Below, in pieces: positions 48,373-62,715 of a stretch of DNA of 64,000 bases. The position numbers and the translations under genes were made by a program. Within the stretch, counting starts at the first letter, position 1. Every line of letters begins with the position of its first letter. Source of the DNA: Chiloscyllium plagiosum (Eukaryota); contig NC_057718.1 in assembly GCF_004010195.1 (NCBI RefSeq), forward strand, positions 21,791,066 through 21,855,065. Reading direction: 5' to 3'. The notes beneath the pieces were generated by a model, which was given only the letters and a program-made list of their open reading frames with translations, was not told the DNA's origin and did no database searches.

Positions 48373-51300
48373 CATAAGAACTAGGAGCAGCAGTAGGCCA
48401 TCCGGCCATTCGAGCCTACTCCACCATTCAATAAGATCATGGCTGATCTTTTTGTGGACTCAGCTCCATTTACTTGCATTTTCACCATATCCCTTAATTC
48501 CTTTATTTTTCAATAAAAGATCTACCTTAGCTTTAAAAGTGTTTACTGAAGTAGCGTTAACTACTTCCCTGGGTAAGGAATTCCTTAGATTAACAACCCC
48601 CTGGGTGAAGAGATTCCTTCTCAATTCAGTCCTAAATCTTCACCCTTTAAGACTGAGGCTATACCCTCTTGTCCGAGCTTCACTTGCCAGTGGAAACATC
48701 CTATCTACTTCTATTTTATCTATTCCCTTCATAATTTTAAAATGTCTCTAAGATCTCCCCTCATTCTTCTGAATTCAAATGAATATAATCCCAGTCGACT
48801 CAGTCTCTCCTCATAAGGCAACTCCCTTAACTCCGGAATCAACCAAGTAAACCTCCTCTGCACCCCTCCAGTGCCAGTATATCCTATCTCAAGTAAGGAG
48901 ACTAAAACTGCATGCAATACACAATGCGTGGCCTCACCAGTACCTTGTACAGCTGCAACATTAAACTCTGCTTTTAAACTCAACCTCTTTAGCAATGAAG
49001 GAAAAAGTTATTTTTGCCTTCTTAATTACTTGTTATACCTGCAGACCTACCTTCTATGATTAATGCACAAAGACACCCAAGTCCCTCTGCATAGCAGCAT
49101 GCTGCAACTTTTTACCATTCGAGTAACCTTTTTTACTGTTACTCCTTCCAAAATGTATTACTTCACATTTATTAACATTGTATCCCATCTGCCAGACCTT
49201 TGCCCACTCAATGCATCTATGTTCCTCTGCAAAGTTTCACAGTCCTCTGCCCACTTTACTCTGCCACTCATCTTAGTGTCATCTGCAAACTTTGATATCA
49301 TACCCATGGTCTGCAACTCCAAATCATCTGTATAAAGTATAAACTGCAGACCCAACACTGATCCGAGGCACACCACAAATCACTGATTGCCAGCTAGAAT
49401 AGCACTCATTTATCCCTACTCTTTGCTTCTCGTCAGTCAACCAATCCTCTATCCATGCTAATACTCTACCCGTAATGCTATGATTCTTTAGCTTATGCAG
49501 CAGCTCTTGTGCAGCACCTTGTCAAAAGCCTTCTGGAAATCTAGGTACACCACTTTCACTGGGTCCCCATTGTCCGCTTTGCTCGAAATGTCTTCATAGA
49601 ATTCCAAAAGATTTGTCAAGCATGACCTGCCCTTCATGAATCCATGCTGCGTCTATCCAATTGGACAATTTCTTTCGAGATGCCCTGCTATTTCCTCCTT
49701 GATAATGGACTCAACCATCTTCCCCACTACAGAGATTAAGCTGACTGGTCTAGAATTCCCCATCTTTTGTCTACCTCCCTTTTCAAACACTGGTGTCACA
49801 TTTGCTGTTTACCAATCTGCTGGGACTGCCACAGTGTCCAGTGAAGTTTGGAAAATTACTGCCAGTGCAGCTGCTATTTCTCCCAGCATCTCTTAGTACC
49901 CTGGGATGCATTCCATCAGGGCTAGGAGACTTATCTATCCTTCATTCCCAACACTACCTCTTCCCTGATGATTATTTCTGGGTCCTCAACTACCTTTGTC
50001 TCTTTGTCACTTACTGGCATATTATTAGTATCCCCTACTGTGAAGACCAATACAAAATATCTGTCAATACCTCGGCCATTTCATCATATCCCATAACTAA
50101 ATGCTCCTTCTCATCCTCTAAAAGGACAAATGTTTACTTTAGCCACTCTTTTTCATTTTATTTATAGAAACTTTGCTACCTGTCTTTACAGTCTATGCTA
50201 ATTTTTTTCTCATGTTCTATCTTTCTTTTCTTTATAACTCTTTTTGTGGCTTTCTGTTGACTTTTAAAGTTTTCTCAATCTTCTGGATTCCTACTGTTTT
50301 TGGTCACTTTGTATGCCTTCTCTTTCAATTTGATAGCCTCCCTTATTTCTTTAGACAACCATGGCAGATTACCCCTCTTCTTACAGTCCTTCTTCACTGG
50401 AATATACTTTTGCTGAGCACTTCGAAAAATTTCTTTGAAAGTTCTCCACTGCTCATCAACTGTCCCCTTGTTAAATCACATGGCCCTGGTATTGGATTTT
50501 ACCTTCACACTCTGCATGTATATTCTAAATTCAACCATACTTTGATCACTCCTTCCAAGAGGATTCTGAACTATGAGGTCATTAATTATTCCTGCCTCAT
50601 TACACAGGACCAGATCTAGGATAGCTTGCTCCTTCATCTGTTCCAATACATAGTGTTCAAGAAGACTATCACAGATACACTCGGAGAGTCATAGAGATGT
50701 ACAGCATGGAAACAGACCCTTCGGTCCAACCCATCCGTGCCGACCAGATATCCCAACCCAATCTAGTCCCACCTGCCAGCACCCAACCCATATTCCTCCA
50801 AACTCTTCCTAGTCATATAACCATCCAAATGCCTTTTAAAAGTTGCAATTGTACCAGCCGCCACCACTTCCTCTGGCAGCTCATTCCATACACGCACCAC
50901 CCTTGTGAAAAAGCTTCCCCTTAGGTCTCTTTTATATCTTTCCCCTCTATGCCCTCTAATTCTGGACTCCCCAATCCCAGGAAAAAGAAAGACTTTGTCT
51001 ATTTACCCTATCCATGCCCCTCAATTTTGTAAACCTCTATAAGGTCACCCCTCAGCCTCCGACACTCCAGGGAAAACAGCCCCAGCCTGTTCAGCTTCTC
51101 CCTATAGCTCAAATCCTTCAACCCTGACAACATCCTTGTAAATCTGTTCTGAACCCTTCCAAGTTTCACAAGATCTTTCCGATAGGAAGACCAGGATTGC
51201 ACAAAATATTCCAACAGTGGCCTAACCAATGTCCTGTACAGCCGCAACAATTGACCTCCCAACTCCTGTATTCAATATTTTGACCAATAAAGGAAAGCAT

Positions 51301-54300
51301 ACCAAACGCTTTCTTCACTATCCTATCTACCCGCGACTCCACCTTCAAGGAGCTATGGACCTGCACTCCAAGGTCTTTGTTCAGCAACACTCTAGGACCT
51401 TACTATAAAGTGTATAAGTCCTGCTAAGATTTGCTTTCCCAAAATGCAGCACCTTGCATTTATCTGAATTAAACTCCATCTGCCACTTCTTAGCCCATTG
51501 GCCCATCTGGTCAAAATCCTATTGTAATCGGAGGTAACCTTCTTCGCTGTCCACTACACCTCCAATTTTGGTGTCATCTGCAAACTTACTAACTGTACCT
51601 CTTATGCTCGCATCTAAATCATTTATGTAAATGACAAAAGGTAGAAGATCTAGCACTGATCCTTGTGGCACTCCACTGGTCACAGGCCTCTAGTCTGAAA
51701 AACAACCCTCCACTACCACCCTCTGTCTTCTACCTTTGAGCCAGTTCTGTATCCAAATGGTTAGTTCTCCCTGTATTCTGAGAGATCTAACCTTGCTCAC
51801 CAGTCTCCTATGGGGAACCTTGTTGAACGCCTTACTGAAGTCAATGTAGATCACATCTGCCAGTCTGCCCTCAATCTTCTTTGTTACTTCATCAAAAAAC
51901 TCAATCAAGTTTATGAGTAATGATTTCCCACGCACGATGCCATGTTGACTATCCCTAATCAGTCCTGGTCTTTCCAAATACATGCACATCCTGTCCCTCA
52001 GGATTCCCTCCAACAACTTGCCCACCACTGACATCAGGCTCACTGGATGTTCCCTGGCTTGTCCTTACCACCCTTCTTAAACAGTGGCACCACGTTAGCC
52101 AACTTCAGTCTTCAATAGTCACCTGTGACTATTGATGATACAAATATCTCAGGAAGTGGCCCAGCAATCACTTCTCTAGCTTCCCACAGTGTTCTACAGT
52201 ACACCTGATCGGGTCCTGGGGATTTATCCACCTTGATGCGTTTCAAGACATCCAGCACTTCCTCCTCTGTAATATGGACATTTTGCAAGGTGTCACCATC
52301 TATTTCCCAACAGTCGATATCTTCCATATCCTTTTCCATAGTAAATGCTGATGCAATCTATTCATTTAGTATCTCCCCCATTTCCTGCGGCTCCACACAA
52401 AGGCCACCTTGCTGATCTTTGAGGGGCCCTATTCTCTCCCTAGTTACCCTTTTGTCCTTAATGTATTTGTAAAACCCCTTTGGATTCTCCTTAATTCTAT
52501 TTGCCAAAACTATCTCATGTCCCCTTTTTGCCCTCCTGATTTCCCTCTTCAGTATTCTCTTACTGCCTTTATACTCTAAGGATTCACTCGATCTATCCTG
52601 TCTATACCTTATGTATGCCTCCTCCTTTTTCGCAACCAAACCCTCAATTTTGATAGTCATCCAGCATTCCCTATCACTCTGACAGGAATATACTTTCTCT
52701 GGATTCTTGTTATCTCATTTCTATAGGCTTCCCATTTTCCAGCCGTCCCTTTACCTGCGAACATTTGCCTCCAATCAGCTTTTGAAAGTTCTTGCCTAAT
52801 ACCGTCAAAATTGGCCTTTCTCCAATTTAGAACTTCAACTTTTAGATCTGCTCTATCCTTTTCCATCACTATTTTAAATCTATTAGAATTATGGTCACTG
52901 GCCCCAAAGTGCTCCCCCACTGACACCTCAGTCACCTGCCCTACCTTATTTCCCAAGAGTAGGTCAAGATTTGCACCTTCTCTAGTAGGTACATCCACAT
53001 ACTGAATCAGAAGATTTTCTTGTACACACTTAAATTCCTCTCCATCTAAGTCCTTAACACAGTGGCAGTCCCAGTCGATGTTTGGAAAGTTAAAATCCAC
53101 CTAGCATAATCATCCTATTATTCTTACGGATAGCAGAGATCTCCTTACAAGTTTGTTTCTCAATTTCCCTCTGACTATTAGGGGGTCTTTACCTGGGGCA
53201 GTGTTTTGTAGAGGAATAAGACGGTGTTATTTTCTGGGTCTGTAGATCGTGGAGGAGCAAAAATGGCCTTTAGTAGAGTGTTATGTGCTTCTTGTCAGAT
53301 GTGTGAGTTTAAAGAGAGTTTAAGGGTTACTGCGGATTATATCTGCAAGAAATGCTGTTGGTTGTGAATCTTATCAGATCAAATGGATCAGTTGGAGAGA
53401 CAGTTAGAAGCAATGAGGAATTTGCAACAGCAACAGTATGTGATGGATGGCAGTTATAGGAAGGGGGGGGGGGAAGTCTCAGATACAGTCACATAGATGG
53501 GTTAACTCCAGGAAAGGTAAGAGGTCGGCAGCTAGTGCAGGAGCCTTCTGTGGCTATACCCATTTCAAACAAGTATGCTGTTTTAGAAAATGTAGGGGGT
53601 GACGGATTCTCAGGGGAAGGTACCACGAACAGCCACGTTCCTGGTATTGAGACTGGCTCTAATGCAACGAGGGGTACGCCGGGTTCTAAGAGATCAATTG
53701 TAAGGTTGGAGGGTACCCAGGGAGATAGTGAGGAAAGAGATCAATCGGAGACTGATACAGTTGAGAACAAAAGCAAGTCAGTCAGGGCAGGCAGGGACAA
53801 GGTAGGACTAATAAATTAAACTGCATTTATTTCAATGCAAGGGGCCTAACTGGGAAGGAAGATGAACTCAGGGTATGGTTAGGAACATGGGACTGGGATA
53901 TCATAGCAATTACAGAGACATGGCTCAGGAATGGGCAGGACTAGCAGTTTAATGTTCCAGGATACAAATGCTACAGGAAGGATAGAAAGGGAGGCGAGAG
54001 AGGAGGAGGAGTGGTGTTTTTGATAAGGGATAGCATTACAGCTGTGCTGAGGGAGGATATTCCTGGAAATATATCCAGGGAAGTTGTTTGGGTGGTACTG
54101 AGAAATAAGAAAGGGATGATCACCTTATTGGAATTGTACTCAACAAACTCCTCCCCAAGGCTACCCTGACTGAGCTAGTTTGACCAATCTACATGGACAT
54201 TAAAATCCCCCATGACAATAGCAGTACCATTTTTATAAGCATTAGTTACTTCTTTGGTTTATTACCTGCCCCAATGTGATGTTATTATTTGGTGGCCTAT

Positions 54301-54760
54301 AGGCTACGCGCCTCAGTGACTTTTTTCTTCTTAGAATTCTTAATTTCCACCCAAATGGATTCAACCTCATTCTCCATAGATCTTACATCTCTCTGCACCA
54401 TCCTGATGTTGTCCTTGAATATCAGAGCTACACCATCTCCCTTACATTCCTGTCTGGTATCCCTGGATATTTAACTCCCAGGCATGACCATTCTGTAACC
54501 ATGTCTCCATAATGGCTACCAAATCATATTCATTCGCAATGATTTGTGCCATTAACTCATCAACCTTGTTATGAATGTTACGAGATTTCAGGTCAAATGC
54601 CTTTATGCTAGCTTTCTCAGAGTCATGGTTCACAACATCTCTGATATCTCCCGAGTTATCCTTCCTTTTTGCTTCTTTCATAGTCTGCCTTGAACTTAAA
54701 CCCTCCTGCACACATGCTAACCTGCTGCTTACCTTTTTATATATCACCTCCACTTCGTAT
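48373..54760 (-). mobile_element. host CR1 LINE (48373-50682 plus 54141-54760) split by a nested CR1
   Basis: Endonuclease start YDLVAIMETWL (ORF 54442..54849) and RT KFADDTK (ORF 49158..49376); gatacactc|aacaaactcc rejoins across the insertion. Confidence 0.88.
50683..54140 (-). mobile_element. near full-length CR1 LINE with inverted 5' segment (53189-54140 on +)
   Basis: Minus: RPPNSQ, DFNFPNIDW, SDH, DKSPGPD, QHG, RT end, tail. Plus: ORF1 start MAFSRVLCASCQMC...YICKKC at 53263 and endonuclease start IIAITETWL...GGGV. Confidence 0.9.
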
Positions 54761-55256
54761 ATAGCAAGGTCCTGAATAAATATCAGCCAGAATCTGAATT
54801 GAGCCAGTGCTGTCAGCACCAATCTGATCCACACCAGCTGTCTGGCCAACTGGCCCTACAAAAAGTCTAAGTTGCTACAGCATTTACAGACACATTGTAG
54901 CTTGGAGCTTTGGATGATGATGATAGAAATAAATTAAAGATTTTGTTACATGGCTGGGCAGAAATGTCTCCAATTGCTGTTAACACTTGTCATCAGCATA
55001 TCTTGGAAACATTTACAAGTAGATATCACAACCTGGTTTGATTCATTATGAACTCAGCTTTCTTAGCTGCCACACTCTGGGCTTGAACTTGAACCTGGAG
55101 CTTTTGACTGAGACACAGGTATCACCCCACATTGTCCCAAAACTTCCTTCCATCAGGCAAGAAATATTTGGCATAAATTACTAGGCATTTGGAAAATTCT
55201 CTCCTCAGGTCAAAAATGTCCTGTGTGACAGTTTTCCTGATTTTAAAATCAGGCAC

Positions 55257-57060
55257 TAGTGTCAAATGAATGGTTTTATATCAATTGTCTGTTATTGATA
55301 GAACTGAATGAAGTCAGACATATAATTGGTGACAGTTCCAATGCTGCCAGTTTTGCACCACCACTCAAGATGAATTTCTATCTCCTCCTGACTCCAACAA
55401 TAGTTATATATGCATTTCAGCAACATACATTGTTATTGTGTTGCTCAGAGTTTCACTTGCTCACCCTCTAGTACTTATCATGTGGCTTCCTTTTTTTTTT
55501 TACATCGCAGACCAAATCCCAGTTGTGGTCAGTTTGAACCTGGTAGTAATATACTAGTGAGGTGCAAAATTTGGCATCCATGGCACCACTGATGTAGTCT
55601 GCAAATCACTTGAATTGAATTTAATTTATTGTCATGTGTATTGAAGCACAGTGAAAAGCTTTGTCTTGCGAGCAATACAGGCAGATCACAGGGTGAAGTA
55701 GCATAGATAAGTAAATAATAGGTAAACAGCAGCAAAAACAAAAATCACAGGTACAGGTGAATGTTAGGAGTTTGAGTGTCCATTCAGTATTCTAACAACA
55801 ATAAGGTATAAACTGTTACGAAGCTGGCTGAAGCTGTACCTTCTCCCTGATGGTAGAGGTTGTAGAAAAACATTGCCAGGGTGGGATCGATCTTTGAGAA
55901 TGCTGGTGGCCTTTCCTTGACAGCGGGCCTGGTAGATGGATTCTATCTATGGGAGGTTGGCCTTTGTGACTGTCCGAGCAGAGTTCGCAACTGTCTGTAG
56001 CAGTCTCCAATCTTGGATGGTTCAGTTACCATACCAGGTAGTGATACATCCAGACAGAATGCTCTCGGTGGTGCACCTATAAAAGTTGGCAAGGGTATTT
56101 GCGGTCATGCCAAATTTCCTCAGCTGCCTGAGGAAGAAGAGACATTGTTGGGCCTTTGTGTCCACATGAAGAGTCTAAGCAAGCTTGTTGTGGATGACCA
56201 CTCCCAGGAGCTTGACACTGTCTACTCGTTCCACCTCTGTGCTGTTAATGTGTAGAGGGGGCAGGAGTAACATCCCGCCAAAAGTCAATAATGAGTTCCT
56301 TGGTTTTGCCAGCATTTGAGAGCTAGGTTGTTCTCAGTACACCATTTTTCCAGGTCTTCCACCTCCCGTCTATAGGCTGTTTTGTCACTTATGCCAACCC
56401 AAACTGTGTGAAAGTCAGTTACAATAAACAGTAAAGTCAGTGTTTTTTTTTTGAAAGAACAAGTCTCTTCCAGAGGGCTACCTGAATATACATCATTCCT
56501 CACACCCTTATCTTTTACTCCTCTACAGAAAGCAATTTTAACATCTATCTTTTCAACCTTATTTCAGGCATCTCCTGAACTTTCCCTTCAAATCTTAGTG
56601 TGTTTGCTGGCCTACTTGCTTTTCTGAAATGTTCTGGGTCATAAATTCAGATTTTTATGGCAAAGATTCATCCCCAGACTAGTTTGGAAGAAGCCAACAG
56701 CTTGGAAGTCCTTATATACATGAAGCCAGTGAAAAGAAAATATCAGGCAGGGTGTATAGAGGGCAGCTATTCTATTAGCACTGGTTTTACAGCCCAGCAC
56801 AACCAAAAGTTCTACCAAATAAACAGGGAAGTCACATGATAAGTACTAGAAGTTGCCCATGTGAAAATTTGATCAACACAATAACAATGGATGTTGCTGA
56901 AATTCATATGTAACTATTGTGGGTGTGGGGTGGGGGGGGGCAGGGGAAGAGGAAGACAGAAGTTCATTTTGAGTGGTGGTGCAAAACTCGCAGCATATGT
57001 AGGACCTCACATTCAGTTCTGTCAACAGACAACTGATACGATACCAATTGTTTGACACTA
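55257..57060. repeat. long inverted repeat, two ~234-bp arms (55257-55490 and 56827-57060)
   Basis: Shared blocks such as agttttgcaccaccactcaa, atttcagcaacat, cattgttattgtgttg and tctagtacttatcatgtg in opposite orientation. Confidence 0.88.
55612..56390 (-). mobile_element. Rex1/Babar-like LINE 3' fragment
   Basis: DKTAYRREVEDLEKWCTENNLAL and LRQLRKFGM...FYRCTTESILSGCITTWYG; (TTCAA)n tail; tcactt at 55606-55611 and 56385-56390. Confidence 0.75.
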
Positions 57061-57200
57061 TCGCAGAGACATATACTATCTCTGGGACTTTCACAAGAAC
57101 TTAGATATCTGGTTAATGTGATTGATTAAAACATCAGGTGTACACAGTCTAAGCCTTTGTTGAATGAGTTGCAGTGGATTGAACTGAGAAACTCAGTTCA

Positions 57201-57386
<186 letters not shown>

Positions 57387-58008
57387 TCATAAAAGTGCCT
57401 GGAATTAAACAGCAATTGATCTTCACCCAGACTGTGAAAGATCACAACTATTCCAGTATGAATGGCAAGACTAGACAGCATCCTCACTATTAGTTTTCAA
57501 CCCTAGTATTCAGAATAAGAAACAAATATTGAATAAAAGTCTATGACAAACTCAGCAGCTCCAGATAGTCATGCAAGGTTAAAATCAAACTGCTAGCTTG
57601 GTTTTTTGAACTGAGTCCTGTGTAGGCAAATAGGAGGTGTCCGTTGAGAAATTCAAATTGCACCCAAAATAAATGGGAAGTTAAATTAATGACACTATAC
57701 ACGCTGACATCCAGCCAGTCTGAGGCCCATGCAAAATGTGCCTTTGGACATCATTTACATGTTGAGAGATATAGATGCCAAAATGGCTGAACTTATTGTC
57801 AATAAAGACAGGAAATTGGCTCCTACTTTAAACTAGCTAGCAGATTTGTTTTGGAACTGAAGAGATTAAATCCTGGAATTGGTGATGAATGAGATGCAGC
57901 AGAGACTGGTGTATTTTCTTTTATGGACCAAAGGTTAAAAACAATTTCATGATCAGCCTGCAGCAGTCCCTTATTATTTCACAACACAAACATTTCAGAC
58001 CATATTAC

Positions 58009-58128
58009 CTTCAGCGCCAATTGATACAAGCTTTACTCCTTTGCTGGAAATGTAATCCAATGCTTTGTTAACATTTGCAATTTTATGGAATCGCATCTTG
58101 CCTTGATCTGGCTTTGGAAGTCGCTCAC
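58009..58128 (-). CDS. ACTN2: alpha-actinin-2 exon 3 (120 nt)
   Basis: [54 protein letters not shown] is ACTN2-type; AAG acceptor, GTAAT donor. Confidence 0.96.
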
Positions 58129-58199
58129 CTTGACAGAGAAAGAAATGTATTTAAAAACAATTCAATAATAATATATTAAAATTTGAACATAATACAGTT

Positions 58200-60200
58200 T
58201 ATTCTGAAATTAGAGAGTGTAATATCTGAAGAATGGAAATTATGAGAAGCAGTTTGACAATAATGGATTAGGGAAGTGCATTCGAACAGTAGACAGGGCT
58301 AAGGCTACCCTTCCTATTCATATACCCATCCAGATGCCTTTGCCAGTATATACATTACCCTAATGCACAAACACCCAAAGGGAAAGGTAAATCAACTATG
58401 TTCAATTAAAGAAGTTAAAGGAATAGATAAAAGGAAGTGGCTTATTGGGATGCCAGGAAAATAAAAGCAAACCCAATATTGGGAATAATATTGAACTCAA
58501 GGGATGGTAAAGAAATTGATTCAGAAAGAGAATATGACTAGCAAATGAGTGAGGACTGTAAGAGCTTCTTTAGGAAATGGAAAAGGTGAGTTAGGATAAA
58601 CGTGGACCCAATACAGGTAGGAAATGGTAGAGATTCTAAGGAGATTCAAAGTAACTTTGCATCCATCTTCATAAAAGACGACATAGAAATCTTTCAGATA
58701 CCAGGCAGCCAAAGGACCTGTGAAACTAAGGAACTGGTATTAGAAAAAAGATAATACTGGAAAAGTTAACCGGATTAAAGATAGATAAATCCAATGGACC
58801 AGATGGGTTTTGTCCTGGAGTGTTGAAGTTAGAGCAATATTGGATGTTGGGTGGTTATCTTCCAAAACTCCTATGGATTGTGGAGTGTAGTAAATGTAAA
58901 CCTGTTATTTTAGAAGGGATGGAGAAGGATGTTGAAGAACTGCAAATCTGTTTGTTTCAGAACAGCAGAAGGAAAGATGTTGATTCTTTTATAAAGAATG
59001 TGATAACTGGACATAGGAAAGAATGGTAAAATTGGACAGCATCAACAGAATTTATGGAAGTGAAATAATGTCTGTGAAACTTGGATTTTTTTTGAGGATA
59101 TTCCTAGTAGCATTGATAAACGAGAACCAGTAGTTGTGATGTATTTGGATTTTCAGAAGAGTTTTGGTAAGTCCTATACAGGAGATTAGTAAATGAAATT
59201 AGATTGCATGAAACTAAGAGAAATATACTAATATTGTTTGAAAATTGCTTAACTGACTGAAAGCAGAGGGTTGGAATAAACAGATTATTTTCGGAATGGC
59301 TGACTATTACTAGTAGGCTACCACAAGACTCAGTGCTAAGTCCACAGCTGGTCAATTTTTAAAAAAATATAAACTATTTAGCTAAGAGATCAATTATAAT
59401 GGTTTCATCATCAATTTTGGAAATTGGGTTGGAACGCAGGTCATGAGAAGGATACAACAATCTTCATGCAAACTTGGACAAGCTATCAGAATGGGCTAGA
59501 ATGGCTGGTGGAATATAATGTGAACAAGTGTGAACTTATTCACACTGATATTAAAAAAACCCAGCATATTTATTTATTGGTGAGATTTTAGAATGTACAG
59601 GTGTCCAAAGGGACTTGGACATCTTCATTAAATTACAAGTAATCAAAAGTTAGCATCAAGTCTAACAAAATATTTGGAAAGTAATGGTATATTGGTGTTC
59701 ATTGCATATGGGTAAGAGTTCAGGTGTAGAATTGTTTTGCTGCAATTGTATGAAGCTTTGACGAGACCTCACTTTTTTTTTTAAAAGAGCTTTAGTCTCC
59801 TTATCAAAGCAGAGCTGTGCTTTCAATAAAGGACCTAAAATGGATCACTACCATTAATCACTAGATTAATCCCTGGATCACAGGACAGTCTTAAAAGGAG
59901 AGATTGAGGAAACTGGCCTGTATTCTCTAGAGTTTTGAATAATGAAGGTTGCCTTCATTGAAGTTTACAAAATTCTTGCAGGGCATGGCAGGATGGATAA
60001 ATGTAAATAAGATATTTCTCCTTTTGATTTTGCTTCAGATGTTTCTCCTTACTGATTGCTCAAACCAGAAAACATAATCTTAGGATAAGATGTATTTCAG
60101 ACTGAGATCAGGAGACTGAGATCACCTGGGGGTGGTAAATCTTCGGAAATTCCTACTGCAGAGTACTGTAAAAGCTCAATTGCTGAGCACGTTTATGACA
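58200..60200 (+). mobile_element. old, heavily decayed CR1 ORF2
   Basis: atagataaatccaatggaccagatggg (IDKSNGPDG), gtatttggattttcagaag (YLDFQK), aacaagtgtgaacttattcac (NKCELIH). Confidence 0.75.
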
Positions 60201-60214
60201 GAAAAATCAAGAGA

Positions 60215-60765
60215 CATAGAACATACAACAATACAGTGCAGAACAGGCCCTTGATGTCACGGCGACCTATGAACTATTCTCAGCTTATCCCCCTACACTA
60301 TCCCATCATCATCCATGTGCTTTTCCAAGGATTGTTTAAATCTCCCTAATGTGGCTGAGTTGACTACATTAGCAGGTAGAGCATTCCACACCCGTACCAC
60401 TCTCTGCGTAAAGAACCTGCTTCTGACATCTGTCTTAAATCTATCACCCCTCAATTTGTAGTTATGCCCCCTCGTACACGCTGACGTCATCATCCTAGGA
60501 AAAAGACTTTCACTGTCTACCCTATCTAATCCTTTGATCATCTTGTATGTCTCTATCAAATCCCCTCTTAGCCTTCTTCTTGCTAATGCGAAGATGTTCA
60601 AGTCTCTCAGCCTTTCCTCATCAGACCTTCCCTCCAGACCAGACAACATCCTGGTAAATCTCCTCTGCACCTTTTCCAATGCTTCCACATCCTTCCTGAA
60701 ATATGGGGACCAGAACTGTACAGAATATTCCAAGTGTGGCCGCACCAGCGTTTTGTATAGTTGCA
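60215..60765 (-). mobile_element. young CR1 3' fragment
   Basis: ORF 60293..60745 RPHLEYSVQFWSPYFRKD...FFTQRVVRVWNALP, uninterrupted. Confidence 0.92.
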
Positions 60766-60848
60766 GACCAATTATATCAATGCATATTGGCGATAGACAA
60801 GAAAGTGGAATTGATAAAAATTAACTTTTAAAGCTTGGATTTCAAAAT

Positions 60849-61530
60849 TGTAGCATAATGTTGAGCAGTTTCGTGATTTTATTTTGTTTTAAACAAAGAT
60901 CGTGGAATAATGACCTAGTCCAGTATCTATCATATTTATACTCTGGGTTTATGACGGGTAGAGTAAGCACTGAAGGACCTAAGTTTGTTTTCAGTTTAGG
61001 ATAATCATGGATAAACTTTAATTTGGAAAACCCAGAGATTGAATGTAAGGCAAGTTCACAGGAGACCTGACTGGGGCAGAAGTAAGTATAGTTTGCTCTC
61101 ATTACAGGAGTAGAGAACAGTTCAGGGAAAGGACCATTACATCAGTAGAAACACTTAGATTGTGAAACTCCTAAACCATGAAAACTGGCATGGCAAGTAA
61201 ACTGTTAGGAATCAGTTATGTGGAACTGAAGAAGTTGAGAAATTGACTGGACTTTCTGTGGATTTGAATCTCTAAATTAATGGTATTTTGAATTAAGTTG
61301 AAACTTTATTTTGCTGTGTTTTTTTTCTAAACTGTATTCTAGATTTTATAGCATGGCTTTTATTTATTTTGTGTAATAAATCTGTTCTGTTGTTAAAGAA
61401 ATTCTGCAGCCTCATATGACTGTATTCCAGTGACCGACCACCATATTACCTAAAATTTTAAACAAAATCTGTCAAGCCAAATTTCAGTTTGGGATCTGAC
61501 TTTAGTGGTAGTATTATCAGCTTGAAACTG
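60849..61530. mobile_element. possible solo LTR-like insertion within the old CR1 3' end
   Basis: Starts TGTAGC, has AATAAA near 61375, and the CR1 3' UTR resumes at about 61530. Confidence 0.3.
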
Positions 61531-62442
61531 GGGTCACATGATCTAATTGAATGATGGAGCAGGGTTAGTGGACTGATTGGCCTACTGCTGTTCCCATGAA
61601 TCCTTTCCAATCTTACTTCAGTTCTCCTGATTTAATCAGGAAATACAATACCTTCGGATAGAAAGTGAATGAATATTGTTTGTGGCAGGTGTTATTTATA
61701 AACCCGACATATTTTGACTGAAGTTCAGAAATGACAATTTTTAAAGAAGTTAAATTACACAAAAGGTTCGAGAACTAAAAATAGAAAAAAAAAACAAATT
61801 TTGGTATGTAAATACACAATGTTCATTCAATATAAAGATCATTTGTAGAAGCAATGCAACAGAGGAGAATTTCTAAGCTACAGTTGGATTGTACATGTGT
61901 AGCTTGCTGCAAAAGTTGGACTTTATAAACTTCAATCTGACTAAAACATTAAAAAACTGACTAGGAGAAACAAGAAATTTGACTTAATCAATTCAGAGAT
62001 ACACAAAAAGAATAAAACTGGAGTTGCAAGCACATCCTATCAAGTCAAACAAAGAACTGATCAAACTTTCCCAATAGAAAAGCAACAATGAGACATTTAT
62101 TACTGACACAAAAAGGGAATGGAGCTCCACTTTAAGTGAAGTTTTTGTATGAAACAGCACAGAGGAGAAATCAGTTCCCCCCTTCTCTCTTCTTTTACTA
62201 GAAAAAAGTTCAACATTTTGGATCTCATTCAAAGAATCACTATTTGTTTGTGAACCTTGCATGATGGCAGGCTGTTCAACTGCTTGGAGCAAAGTTATAC
62301 TACTACTCAGCTTTATTGGACTTCTGCAACATCTATTGAATCTATTGATGGGTGGGGGGGTGGAGCCTTGGCTGATTTCCTTCTCATGTAGAGGGGAACA
62401 GAAGTCAATTATAACAACACTGCTGGCCACTTGGCTAAGTTA

Positions 62443-62715
<273 letters not shown>

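Noticed and set aside
48137..48751. 204-aa plus-strand ORF; likewise 61993..62430, 31531..31929 and 30628..31023
   Set aside because: These cross repeats, lie antisense to CR1 or ACTN2 exons, or show no recognisable domain or splice structure.
61775..61784. Perfect MEF2 site CTAAAAATAG in intron 2 of a muscle gene
   Set aside because: A few CTA(A/T)4TAG matches are expected by chance in 64 kb of AT-rich DNA, and I have no conservation evidence.
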